From positions 1 through 17,730 of the forward strand of contig PBTS01000076.1 in the NCBI GenBank assembly GCA_002729175.1: 17,730 bases of DNA, written 5' to 3'. The translations under genes were made by a program, and so were the position numbers. This stretch comes from Fidelibacterota bacterium. Its GTDB lineage: Bacteria; Fidelibacterota; Marinisomatia; Marinisomatales; S15-B10. Of the stretch, positions 1-8,649 are shown piece by piece. Position 1 is the stretch's first letter. Each line of letters opens with the position of its first letter. The notes below the pieces were generated by a model that was given only the letters and a program-made list of their open reading frames with translations, was not told the DNA's origin and did not search any database.

Positions 1-359
1 GCACGGAGATAGGTGAGATAATCCATCTGCTGCTCACGCTGTTCATCTGTGATTTCAGGATGACTGCCGGCAAGATACTTTAATCTCTGAAACTGTTTCC
101 ATGAATAGTGACGTTTCTTTAACCGCCGACGAGACCTGTCCATAAAGACGATTTTAGCCATGTATCTATTGTCAGATATCTTATAGAACTGGGCACTCTC
201 AAACCCCTTGATATCAGGAAAGAGTCCCATAAGGATATTTTCAGCTGCATCTATGGAAGATCCCACTTTGATGGAAAGAACGACGACTTCAGGCTTCTGA
301 ACAGCCAGTAAAAACTGACAGAACAGAAAGACTGTCAAAATTGTTTTAACCGGATTCAA
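1..359 (-). CDS. Hypothetical secreted protein, 5' part only (runs off the left edge)
   Basis: Manual translation gives an open frame from TTG at 359 to the edge: (M)NPVKTILTVFLFCQFLLAVQKPEVVVLSIKVGSSIDAAENILMGLFPDIKGFESAQFYKISDNRY... The N-terminus looks like a signal peptide. The start overlaps the end of the upstream selenoprotein gene, and in-frame TGA codons lie just before the TTG. Confidence 0.7.
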   Translation of the reverse strand, partial: MNPVKTILTVFLFCQFLLAVQKPEVVVLSIKVGSSIDAAENILMGLFPDIKGFESAQFYKISDNRYMAKIVFMDRSRRRLKKRHYSWKQFQRLKYLAGSHPEITDEQREQQMDYLTYLR

Positions 360-576
360 TCAGATTCATGACTTCCCCATCATCAGGGAAGCGGTCCAGA
401 CTCTTTTTAGAAAAGATAAGATCACTATTCTTAATAACTTCAAATACGCCTCCTCCTGAGGGGATTAAAGTAAGTTCTTTCACATCGGTACCATATTTTT
501 CGAGTATTTCGTTCGCCAAACTGGCGGCTCTGGGAAGATAGTTTCACATACTACAATATTCGATCGATATGTTCAT
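346..576 (-). CDS. SelW/SelT/SelH (Rdx family) selenoprotein, 76 aa, Sec encoded by UGA at 546-544
   Basis: GGAGG RBS, then ATG at 576: MNISIEYCSMUNYLPRAASLANEILEKYGTDVKELTLIPSGGGVFEVIKNSDLIFSKKSLDRFPDDGEVMNLIESG*. It has the Rdx motifs I.IEYCxxU.Y..RA, LIPS.GG.FEV and IFSKK...RFP. The TGA falls exactly at the second position of the CxxC/U motif. Confidence 0.93.
514..526 (-). promoter_or_regulatory. Candidate bacterial SECIS apical hairpin
   Basis: mRNA CGCCA-GUU-UGGCG hairpin. The loop starts 22 nt after the UGA and has a G at its start, consistent with the bacterial SECIS model. Confidence 0.55.
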
Positions 577-716
577 GTTGCCTCCAATCCAAAAAATGTA
601 TAAATCCAGAAAGCACCTAACACGGCAATCATCCCTGCCAAAATCAGTAGAATAAAAATCGCCTTGTCAAACCCTTTCCTGCCGGAATCAAACTTTAATA
701 CTGTCTTCATGTCCAT
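573..716 (-). CDS. Small single-pass membrane protein, 47 aa
   Basis: MDMKTVLKFDSGRKGFDKAIFILLILAGMIAVLGAFWIYTFFGLEAT*. It has one clear hydrophobic helix, fills the gap between neighbouring genes, and its stop overlaps the selenoprotein start (ATGA). Confidence 0.65.
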   Translation of the reverse strand: MDMKTVLKFDSGRKGFDKAIFILLILAGMIAVLGAFWIYTFFGLEAT

Positions 717-738
717 AAAATTACAATAAGTAACGAAT

Positions 739-2979
739 TTAAAAGTCAAAAACGGTTTCGATGGTGGTCTGCTTCACCGGTTCAAGCCCTGTCCCCATGT
801 CTCGGTAAAATTGCCGGAAATTCCAAACCAGGCTGACCCCTTTCGCCACTTCGTACCCAACCCGATAACCCAGTACCGTATTTATCGTCGGATTCTCGAA
901 ATCGAATGGATTTTCGTCATTGTTCCTCTGGTAGAATATTTGCGCCTCGCTCAGTTTTGGAATATTCTCAGCATTAACCGTTAATAATGCGCTAAAACTT
1001 CTGAATTTTGTGGTATCAGCTATCATGTTGGCATAGGAGGTGCTCAGACTTGCTATATTCAAAAGATCGAACCCCAGGGATCCATAATACCCTTTTGTGT
1101 TGATTGCTGTGGTAGAATCGGCAAATACAAGCATATCTTTTGTAAAAACCACCGTCCCCGTGTCTGAGTAAACAGGGAGGATCCTGTTTAGATCGTAAGC
1201 CTGATCAAAAAATTGCGGAAGGAAATAATCATTCTTGATCCTGTACTCCACACTCAGATTAATAAAGCCAAACATGCCGGCCCTTAGTCCCGGTATGGTA
1301 ATACCCGTACCACCTCGTTCAATTCGAGTGAACTGTTCCGTCTCCACAGCCGGAAAACTGAGCCTATTCAATTCAGAATAGACCACAAGGTTAAAAGATT
1401 CCCCCTGCACAACTGGATATCCTACATCGAGGGTAAATCCATTAGCAACACTCTTATTTTCTTCAATACTGAACGGCATTGGCTTCAAAGAAAGAGAGTC
1501 GTCCAGCGCATCATAAATGTTGTCGCCGTCAGCATCAATGTCCCACCGAGAACTGTCGAGCCCCTCATGGGGATCAGGTATACCGTCGCGGTCCGTGTCA
1601 TTCCAAAGATTTGTACTATCAGGAAAATCATCAAAGATATCCGGATAAGAGTCGTCATCTTTATCTTTCAGCCCGGAGAACTGGTTCATGTCTGTCACAT
1701 AGCTTACACCCAGCTTCAAGGGAAGGTTCTCAGAAACGGTGAAAGTACCCCTCAGGCCCATAAGTGTACCGCCGCGTGTAAAGTCCTTCACATTGGAGAA
1801 GAACAGCTCGGTGCCGAAATTGCCAAAATTGCCTCCAGTATTCAGGCCCACCCGTCGGATTGAGGGAAACTCCATCATGTTGGAATAGCCGGATAGGAGA
1901 CCACCGTAACCCAGTGTTACCCCTTCCAGGGAACCCACTTTGAACCAGAACGGATCAGACTTTTCTCCCCAGCGAATGTAGAGGAACTTATCGACAAAAT
2001 CGCTCGCCTCATCCCACTCGTCCTTTCTTACATTTCCTTCATTGTCAACGTAAAGGACAAGGTCGAGCCCGATGCCCAAGTTACCCAGTTTAAACTCGGG
2101 CCTCAGAGCGATCTGATTGTAGATCTCACCATCTAGTGTAGCTGAACCTACGCCGAGTCCCATATTGAACGGCTTCTCCGGAGGAGTAGGAGGCTCTTTT
2201 TCTTCTTCAGGACTTTCTTCAGCCTCTGGATCTTCTTCCGGTGTCTCTTCCTCATCAAAAATGTCCTCAGGTTCCTCTTCCTCCTGAAAAAGATTTTCCT
2301 GAGGTTCTTCAACTTCTTCTTCAGGCACCTCCTCAGGCTCCTGTTCGGTTTCAGGTTCCTGAGGTTCTTCCTCCGGTTCAGGTTCCTGTTCAATCTCCGC
2401 CTCAGGATCTTCAGGCACCTCCTCAGGATCGGCGGGAGATGTAAGGACTTGTCCGGTGGCTGTGGAAAGTGTCATTTCACCGGGACCGAGAGCTACAGAC
2501 TGTCCACTAACAGTGTTGAAGACATCTACCATCCCCTCCAGGCCATAAAATTTGTCAAAACCCATCCGGTTAATAGCAGACCAAAATTGCGTCCCTTTCA
2601 CACTCGCAACAGATACCGACGTCTCTACGCGAAAATCCTTCTTTTTGTCCTTTTTTACATCAGAGAGGATCTTTCCAAACTCAATGCCCAGCGTCCGTGT
2701 ATTTTCCGTGTCAATAAATTGGAACTGTGTATCCTCCCGAATCTTCAGCACACTTTTATCATCGAGAAAAATGACCATACAAAAACTTTCTTTTCCAACG
2801 TTGATCACATCACCGGAAATAATGGGTGCACCCGGCTTGGCGGGAGAGAAAGTTGCTTTATTGAGATTTTTGAGACGGACATCACCCCGCATCTTAGTAA
2901 CACGAGCAATGTTTTCCTGGGCCGACAGTTGACCTGTCAGGCCAAGACATAAAAAGAATATGGTAACCCTTCTCGGCAT
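739..2979 (-). CDS. FecR-domain protein with Glu/Pro-rich linker and C-terminal outer-membrane beta-barrel-like domain, 746 aa
   Basis: Signal peptide; FecR-type segment (GDVINVGKES...F.DD.SVLKI..., VETSVSVASVKGTQF); long acidic linker; amphipathic beta-strands ending TTIETVFDF with a terminal Phe; DxDxD calcium-binding-like inserts. Confidence 0.8.
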   Translation of the reverse strand: MPRRVTIFFLCLGLTGQLSAQENIARVTKMRGDVRLKNLNKATFSPAKPGAPIISGDVINVGKESFCMVIFLDDKSVLKIREDTQFQFIDTENTRTLGIEFGKILSDVKKDKKKDFRVETSVSVASVKGTQFWSAINRMGFDKFYGLEGMVDVFNTVSGQSVALGPGEMTLSTATGQVLTSPADPEEVPEDPEAEIEQEPEPEEEPQEPETEQEPEEVPEEEVEEPQENLFQEEEEPEDIFDEEETPEEDPEAEESPEEEKEPPTPPEKPFNMGLGVGSATLDGEIYNQIALRPEFKLGNLGIGLDLVLYVDNEGNVRKDEWDEASDFVDKFLYIRWGEKSDPFWFKVGSLEGVTLGYGGLLSGYSNMMEFPSIRRVGLNTGGNFGNFGTELFFSNVKDFTRGGTLMGLRGTFTVSENLPLKLGVSYVTDMNQFSGLKDKDDDSYPDIFDDFPDSTNLWNDTDRDGIPDPHEGLDSSRWDIDADGDNIYDALDDSLSLKPMPFSIEENKSVANGFTLDVGYPVVQGESFNLVVYSELNRLSFPAVETEQFTRIERGGTGITIPGLRAGMFGFINLSVEYRIKNDYFLPQFFDQAYDLNRILPVYSDTGTVVFTKDMLVFADSTTAINTKGYYGSLGFDLLNIASLSTSYANMIADTTKFRSFSALLTVNAENIPKLSEAQIFYQRNNDENPFDFENPTINTVLGYRVGYEVAKGVSLVWNFRQFYRDMGTGLEPVKQTTIETVFDF
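2170..2430 (-). repeat. Low-complexity Glu/Pro-rich coding repeat (EEPQE/PEE/EPE units)
   Basis: Degenerate tcctcaggttc/ttcttc units encode DPEEVPEDPEAEIEQEPEPEEEPQEPETEQEPEEVPEEE... Confidence 0.8.
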
Positions 2980-3003
2980 TGTATTGCTAAAAGATTAGTT
3001 AGA

Positions 3004-3180
3004 CTAGTCGCTGTCTGACTGAAGAATCACAGGAGGATTAGCCTCCTGGAGAATGGACTTAAGCTCAGCCAGCACCTCTCTTGCTGGTGGCCAGAGATCT
3101 TCTTCCATATCTCCGCCGCCCTGCTCGAAAGCTTTGATCCTTTCAGCAACTTTATTGAGAATTTCTGTGTGATTTTCCAT
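3004..3180 (-). CDS. Small hypothetical protein, 58 aa
   Basis: Manual translation: MENHTEILNKVAERIKAFEQGGGDMEEDLWPPAREVLAELKSILQEANPPVILQSDSD*. Composition is protein-like and helical; it ends 24 nt before the FecR gene on the same strand. Confidence 0.65.
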   Translation of the reverse strand: MENHTEILNKVAERIKAFEQGGGDMEEDLWPPAREVLAELKSILQEANPPVILQSDSD

Positions 3181-3370
3181 TGATTGTTACCAAACCTATT
3201 CCAAATCCTAATTTAATCAAAAATAACTTACTTCTGTTTGATATGGATCACGCGGCGGAAATGAATTGATTTACCCCGTCAGCAACAACTAAATTAGCCC
3301 TAAATAAGTCATCATCGCTCTGTATTTTTCCTATCAAAATTGTAACTGATTATAATCTGAATCTCAGACA

Positions 3371-4666
3371 ATGGCAGACTTTTTCGATAAACTTATAGAA
3401 CAAGAACCTTACACCCAGTACACCCTGGATATGTTTTCCAGGAGCGCTGGGAAGGATCACGCTGAAATCGATCAGTTTGATAAATGGCGTCAAATGGTCA
3501 CAGGCGCCAACAAGTACACTTTTGAAGTCTCTCATCTAGCGGCTCAGCGGCCGGAGATCTCGGTTCGTCGGGAGAGCGGCGATGAGTATAATCTCATCAG
3601 CTTTGCCAGCTACAACTATCTAGGTTATTCATATCATCCCGATGTAGTTGATGCCGCAAAAAAAGCACTGGATCTTTACGGATTGGGTGCCACCGGTTCA
3701 CCCCTACTGAATGGCACTTTTGAAATCCACAATGAACTTGAGGATAAGATTGTACAATTCTTTGGACAAAAGGATTATGGTGTATCTCTCTTTTCTTCAG
3801 GTTATGGAGCAAATCTGGGCGTCATCTCAGCTTTCATTCATAAGGGAGATCATGTGGTTCTTGACCGCTCTTCGCATGCCTCGCTTATCGATGGTGCTAT
3901 TCTCTCACAGGGAAAAATCTCTCTCTTCCGTCACAACGATGCTGAATTCCTGGAAAAGGTACTGAAGCGCATCGATTACAAAAATTCTCGAATATTGGTC
4001 TGTTGTGAAGGGGTCTACAGCACGGATGGAGACTACGGAACACTGAAGGATATCATTGAGGTATCCAAGAAATACGGCGCCGCTGTGCTCGTTGATGAAG
4101 CACATTCTCTTCTTGTGGCAGGAGAAAACGGACGGGGTGTCTGCGAAGAACAGAATGTTTTGGCAGATGCTGATATGATCATTGCCACTTTCAGTAAATC
4201 TTTCGGCGGAGTAGGTGGTTGCGTCTATGCAAAAAAGAAAATTACCAACTACATGAATTACTATGCCAGATCTCGCATGTTCTCCTGTGCTCTGGATCCA
4301 GGTGTGACAGGAGGCCTCATCAAATCCATTGAACTTGCCGGAGGCACCGATGGAAGTGAGAGAAGAAAACGGATTATCGATAATGCAGACTATCTTAGAT
4401 CCAAGCTGAAGGGACATGTTGACATCGGCACTTCATCCAGCTGGATTATACCGATTATTTACGGAGATGAAAGACTCACCCTCCCCCTGAGTGATTATCT
4501 TCAGCGAGAAGGGATCGATATTTCACTCATGATGTTCCCGGCGGTACCGAAAAACCGGTCAAGAATCAGGGCTTTTGTTACATCCGAGCACACAAATGAA
4601 CAACTGGACAAGGGTGCAGATATTATTCTCCGTGCTGCTGATAAATACAACTTTTTGATAGGATAA
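3371..4666 (+). CDS. PLP-dependent alpha-oxoamine synthase (serine palmitoyltransferase / 8-amino-7-oxononanoate synthase family)
   Basis: Motifs SYNYLG, GATGSPLLNGT, SGYGAN, HASLIDG, FRHND, EGVYSTDGD, VDEAHS and TFSKSFGGVGG (PLP lysine). YNYLG, DEAHS and TFSKS look more SPT-like than BioF-like. Confidence 0.9.
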   Translation: MADFFDKLIEQEPYTQYTLDMFSRSAGKDHAEIDQFDKWRQMVTGANKYTFEVSHLAAQRPEISVRRESGDEYNLISFASYNYLGYSYHPDVVDAAKKALDLYGLGATGSPLLNGTFEIHNELEDKIVQFFGQKDYGVSLFSSGYGANLGVISAFIHKGDHVVLDRSSHASLIDGAILSQGKISLFRHNDAEFLEKVLKRIDYKNSRILVCCEGVYSTDGDYGTLKDIIEVSKKYGAAVLVDEAHSLLVAGENGRGVCEEQNVLADADMIIATFSKSFGGVGGCVYAKKKITNYMNYYARSRMFSCALDPGVTGGLIKSIELAGGTDGSERRKRIIDNADYLRSKLKGHVDIGTSSSWIIPIIYGDERLTLPLSDYLQREGIDISLMMFPAVPKNRSRIRAFVTSEHTNEQLDKGADIILRAADKYNFLIG

Positions 4667-4672
4667 TAGGTC

Positions 4673-5365
4673 ATGAAACATACTCCCGGTGAAGACCTTT
4701 TTGTTTGGGAATTCGATTTTGCACTGACCACTTTCTTCGAAGTGGAGACCGATCTGTTTCAGCAGCACATCCCTTCTCGGCTTAGTCTTATGGAAGTATC
4801 TCCGGGTGTAGGACTGGTAAATATTACCGCCTTCAATTTCCCTGAGGGTGCTCTTGGTGAACTTCCCGAGTTCCAGGAGCTTATTTTCAGTGCCATCGTT
4901 TCGCCTGATCTTTCTCGGGGAGTACCAAAGTTTGCTATGTATGTCCTTTCACTCGGTAGCACCTGCCAGGAACATTTAGATCACAGTGCTGATTATTACA
5001 AGCTTCCCATACATGGACTGCTTACCGACACTAAAATCGATTCAGAAGCAATCGCTATTGATTATTCAGACAGTGACGGTCAGATCCTGGCTATGAACAA
5101 CTGCTCACCCACTACCAATTTCAGGGATGAGGAAAGATACTTTCAGGCGTTTACTTCAGATGGTGACAATCTCACTATTGCAGACTGTTATATCGAAGCT
5201 CAACTCTTTGAGCATCAGTTGACTGAGGATGCAGGAAAATTGAATGTGCACCCTTTCCTGAAGAACATTGATTTCGATCTTGGGGATCCCCTCCCCTATC
5301 TACAGATGATTGGCCAGCCTGGGAAGACCGGAAAACAGTTCTACTACCGTCCAACCTCTTTCTAA
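4673..5365 (+). CDS. Hypothetical protein, possibly acetoacetate decarboxylase/DUF2071-like fold
   Basis: 230 aa ORF starting 6 nt after the oxoamine synthase. The pattern (IPSRLSL...GVGLVNITAF...EFQELIFSAIV...MYVLSL...YYKLP) resembles ADC/DUF2071 proteins; the family call is tentative. Confidence 0.6.
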   Translation: MKHTPGEDLFVWEFDFALTTFFEVETDLFQQHIPSRLSLMEVSPGVGLVNITAFNFPEGALGELPEFQELIFSAIVSPDLSRGVPKFAMYVLSLGSTCQEHLDHSADYYKLPIHGLLTDTKIDSEAIAIDYSDSDGQILAMNNCSPTTNFRDEERYFQAFTSDGDNLTIADCYIEAQLFEHQLTEDAGKLNVHPFLKNIDFDLGDPLPYLQMIGQPGKTGKQFYYRPTSF

Positions 5366-5429
5366 ATAACTCCCAATTGGTCAATTTAGTTTTAATTGCT
5401 ACAGGCCATAGTATTAGATAAACAATATA

Positions 5430-6359
5430 ATGGATCATAAGAAAAACGCTCTTAATGCAATAGGAAACACCCCTCTTGTCCGTTTAAAAAAGGTTGTTCC
5501 CAGTCACTCAGCTGAGGTTTGGGTAAAACTCGAAGGGGGTAATCCTACTGGTTCATACAAAGATCGTATGGCATTATCCGTCCTTACTAGTGCTATTGAA
5601 AGAGGAGAATTATCTCCGGGCGATACTGTAATTGAATACACTGGAGGGAGTACCGGGACAGCATTGGCTTTTGTCTCAGCTGTTCTTGGTCTAAAATTTG
5701 TTGCAGTATTTTCTGATGCATTTTCAAAAAGTAAACAACAGGAAATGGAAGCTTTTGGTGCCGAGGTCACTGTCATAAAAAGTCAAGGTGGAGTTATCAC
5801 ACCAGACTTGATCCAACAAATGAAATTACGGGCTTATGAAATGGCGGAAAAACCTAACACTTACTATGCAGACCAATTTGGATCTCCTGAAGTTCGATCT
5901 GGATACAAGCCTCTGGGTATGGAAATAGCACAGAAACTTGATGGAGAACTTGATCTTTTTTGTTCAGCGGTAGGAACTGGGGCTGCCTTGATGGGATCTT
6001 ATGACGGTCTGTTAGAATCACATGTACAAGTAGACCTAGTAGCATTTGAGCCTTTGCAATCCCCATTTCTTACAACAGGGAAAGGCGGACCCCATCTTGT
6101 TGAGGGAATTGGTGTAGGATTTGAACCTCCATTTCTGGACCGATCTAAGTTAAAAGAAATTAGAGCAATTGATCAAGAACACGCTTTCAAAATGTGCCAA
6201 CGTCTAGCCAGAAAAGAAGGAATATTTTGTGGAGGATCAACTGGTTTGAATGTTGTAGCAGCAATCGAGCTTGCAAAAGAAATTGGACCCGGCAAACGGA
6301 TAGTCACTCTTGGTTGCGACAATGGGATGAAATATCTCGGTAGCCATATATATATGTAA
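5430..6359 (+). CDS. Cysteine synthase family PLP-dependent enzyme (CysK/CysM-like, atypical substrate loop)
   Basis: IGNTPLVRL, KLEGGNPTGSYKDR (PLP lysine), VGTG, EGIG, ARKEGIFCGGSTG and CDNGMKYL. The canonical EPTSGNTG reads EYTGGSTG. Confidence 0.9.
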   Translation: MDHKKNALNAIGNTPLVRLKKVVPSHSAEVWVKLEGGNPTGSYKDRMALSVLTSAIERGELSPGDTVIEYTGGSTGTALAFVSAVLGLKFVAVFSDAFSKSKQQEMEAFGAEVTVIKSQGGVITPDLIQQMKLRAYEMAEKPNTYYADQFGSPEVRSGYKPLGMEIAQKLDGELDLFCSAVGTGAALMGSYDGLLESHVQVDLVAFEPLQSPFLTTGKGGPHLVEGIGVGFEPPFLDRSKLKEIRAIDQEHAFKMCQRLARKEGIFCGGSTGLNVVAAIELAKEIGPGKRIVTLGCDNGMKYLGSHIYM

Positions 6360-6441
6360 AGATGTAATTCGAGTAGTGGTCTGGTTTCCTTTATTTCTGG
6401 AAATTATTTCCATCCAATATTTTTTGTTTATTTGAACCTCA

Positions 6442-6500
6442 GTGGGTACTTCTTTCATCCCGACCGTCCCCCCGTCACATATCAGGTTGAGATTGGGAAA
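6442..6500. repeat. Dispersed intergenic repeat, copy 1
   Basis: GTGGGTACTTCTTTCATCCCGACCGTCCCCCCGTCACATATCAGGTTGAGATTGGGAAA; aligns by eye with the copies at 10881, 11183, 12453 and 13115. Confidence 0.9.
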
Positions 6501-6580
6501 GAGGATGACCGATATGAGTCCGGAATACCAGATAAAAGTTTCTAATAAATATTAAGTTGTTTCTTTTGAGGGTTGTTGTC

Positions 6581-7954
6581 TTATGAATAGTCCAGCCCGA
6601 ATCCACTCAATTTCTTTTTGCATCCTTCATACAGGTCCAGGTATTTCTGCATCGGCTGCACCGTTTCCATATCGTAGCATTCATCGAACCGCTTGCCAAG
6701 AGGCGCATCGGATATCCGCGATTCGTACAAATCCAAAAGTCGCTTCACGATTTCGTTGGCGTGAGTCCGTGTCATACCCTGCCGGGCTGCAAGATGCCCT
6801 GCTTCCGCTCCGATGCGCGCCTCCATTCCTGTTGCCCGTTCCGGATGACGATTGCTTGCCACGGCCACCAGATTCAAATCTCCACCAGACACAGTGGATG
6901 CCAAAACATTGGCCACAATCTCGTAGACCACCATCTCGGTACATGGCCCGGCTGCGGCGAAAGGACTGATGGTAACCAGGAGATGGGTATTTCGGCTCAA
7001 AGCCTGTGTAGCGATGCTGATCAGCCACAGAAGCTCCCGCGTGGTATTGCAGAAGTGGTGGATATGCAGCGGGAAGCAGCAGTGCCACTGCGCCTCAAAC
7101 GCGAGCAACCCCAGGAAATGGTGCGCCACAAGCACCACGGCCGTCGATTCCGGTCCGCCGGCATACCCGCCCATCAACGGTCCGTACAGCCCGTACTTGT
7201 TGTGTCCGCTGTTCCGAAGAAACGCGACCTTTTTCACACGTTCATAGTCTATCTTCAACTCGGATATAGCAGCGATGGCCAGTCCGTCATTCGGCAGCAC
7301 GCCGAAGTCAGCCTGAACAGCGGCGAGGATGGCATCGGTCTGTTCAGCATTGGAAACCAGATTATGAATTCCGATCCCGGGCCGTCCGGCTGCCTTGGCC
7401 GCCTCCCGCAGTTTAATTACGTTCCAGATAGCGGCCTCTACCTCCTGGGGGGTCCCCGACTTGATGGGGCGACCATGAACGGTCTGGCTAAAAGCGCTGG
7501 AAAAGGTGTCGGCCAGGGGTTCCTGGGCGAAACTTTGTACCATAGGAACAAACCGCTCTTCGGCCACCGGTGCACCGACGGGTGTGCATAGACAAAACGG
7601 CGGCCGAGTGTCCTCGATACTCCGGCAGGCCATCACCGCCAGATCCTTTCCCTGTCCGTAGGTCACGGTGGTTGGGGCATGTTTCAGCGCCTGTTCCACT
7701 TCCTTGCGGGTAAATTTCAAAACACGACCTGTATCCCGGCAGAACATGCCCAGCTCCAAAAACAGATCGAGACCTGCCTGGTACACCCGATCCACCAGAT
7801 CCTCATCGGAAGGGACTACCTGCTCCGGATCATACCGGATGTCATACCGCTCGACGATCTCGCGGGCGGTCTGCGCCACTTTCCAGTCAAATTCCTCTTC
7901 TTTCACAAGCGTCCCGCTTTCGCTGCGACCGATCACATCCCAGAAACTGATCAT
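6581..7954 (-). CDS. mtmB: Monomethylamine:corrinoid methyltransferase family protein (MtmB homologue 1, non-pyrrolysine)
   Basis: 457 aa. MtmB motifs AGRPG.G, ELKID, GGYAGG, AGPCTEM and TGMEAR, with C-terminal GKRFDECYD. His197 (CAT at 7366-7364) occupies the Pyl position. Confidence 0.9.
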   Translation of the reverse strand: MISFWDVIGRSESGTLVKEEEFDWKVAQTAREIVERYDIRYDPEQVVPSDEDLVDRVYQAGLDLFLELGMFCRDTGRVLKFTRKEVEQALKHAPTTVTYGQGKDLAVMACRSIEDTRPPFCLCTPVGAPVAEERFVPMVQSFAQEPLADTFSSAFSQTVHGRPIKSGTPQEVEAAIWNVIKLREAAKAAGRPGIGIHNLVSNAEQTDAILAAVQADFGVLPNDGLAIAAISELKIDYERVKKVAFLRNSGHNKYGLYGPLMGGYAGGPESTAVVLVAHHFLGLLAFEAQWHCCFPLHIHHFCNTTRELLWLISIATQALSRNTHLLVTISPFAAAGPCTEMVVYEIVANVLASTVSGGDLNLVAVASNRHPERATGMEARIGAEAGHLAARQGMTRTHANEIVKRLLDLYESRISDAPLGKRFDECYDMETVQPMQKYLDLYEGCKKKLSGFGLDYS

Positions 7955-8610
7955 GATACCTCACCTCCCCGCTTCTCCTGCATCAGACTTCTGGCAACTT
8001 CTACAGCTTTTGTCGCGTTTTCACCATAGCCGTCAGCGCCGATCTCTGCCGCCCACTCGGCCGTCACCGGTGCGCCGCCGATCATGACACGGTATTTGTC
8101 CCGCAGCCCCAGTTCACCCAGAAGATTGATAAGGTCAGGTTGATAGGTCATGGTGGTGGTCAACAGCGAGGAGGCGCCAATGATATCAGCGCCCAGCTCC
8201 TCCGCCTGCTCCACAAACCGGCGGACAGGTACGTCATAACCCAGATCATGGACCGTAAAACCGTCCGCCTGCAGCATGATTTTTACGATATTTTTACCGA
8301 TTTCATGTACGTCACCCTGGATGGTTCCCAGGATGATGGTGCCCTGGCTTCCGTGCCCCGGGCGCTCCAGAAGAGAGGGTCTGAGTACCTCCATGGCAGC
8401 ACTCACGGCGTTGGCCGAGAGCATTACCTCGGCCAGAAAACATTCCAGAACAGCGAACCTGTCACCGACGACGTGCATCCCTTTTGTATACCCCTCCTGA
8501 ATAGCCTGGACAGGATCTACACCCTCGTCCAGGGCGACCCGGGCAAGGGCCGCGCACTGCTCTTTATCCCCTTTAATCGTGGCTTCCGCCATCTGTTCAA
8601 AGAGATTCAT
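7951..8610 (-). CDS. Corrinoid (B12-binding) protein, MtmC/MtbC/MttC family
   Basis: GTIQGDVHEIGKNIV (DxHxxG), SSLLTTT, MIGGAP and IGADGY; N-terminal cap helices; ATGA overlap with mtmB-1. Confidence 0.95.
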   Translation of the reverse strand: MNLFEQMAEATIKGDKEQCAALARVALDEGVDPVQAIQEGYTKGMHVVGDRFAVLECFLAEVMLSANAVSAAMEVLRPSLLERPGHGSQGTIILGTIQGDVHEIGKNIVKIMLQADGFTVHDLGYDVPVRRFVEQAEELGADIIGASSLLTTTMTYQPDLINLLGELGLRDKYRVMIGGAPVTAEWAAEIGADGYGENATKAVEVARSLMQEKRGGEVS

Positions 8611-8649
8611 CTTTGCGTTTACCTCCAGATGAGGTTTCCGGAGAGACTC

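Noticed and set aside
3030..3048. Hairpin CAGGAGG-ATTAG-CCTCCTG
   Set aside because: It lies inside the 58-aa ORF, has no U-tract, and is too far from the next start codon to act as an RBS switch.
3248..3281. TCACG...CCCCGTCA as a sixth repeat copy
   Set aside because: Only the two short ends match; the core CTTCTTTCATCC is absent and the spacing is wrong.
6237..6458. 73-aa minus-strand ORF starting inside repeat copy 1
   Set aside because: It overlaps the cysteine-synthase gene in antisense and has no recognisable family; its ATG is simply part of the repeat.
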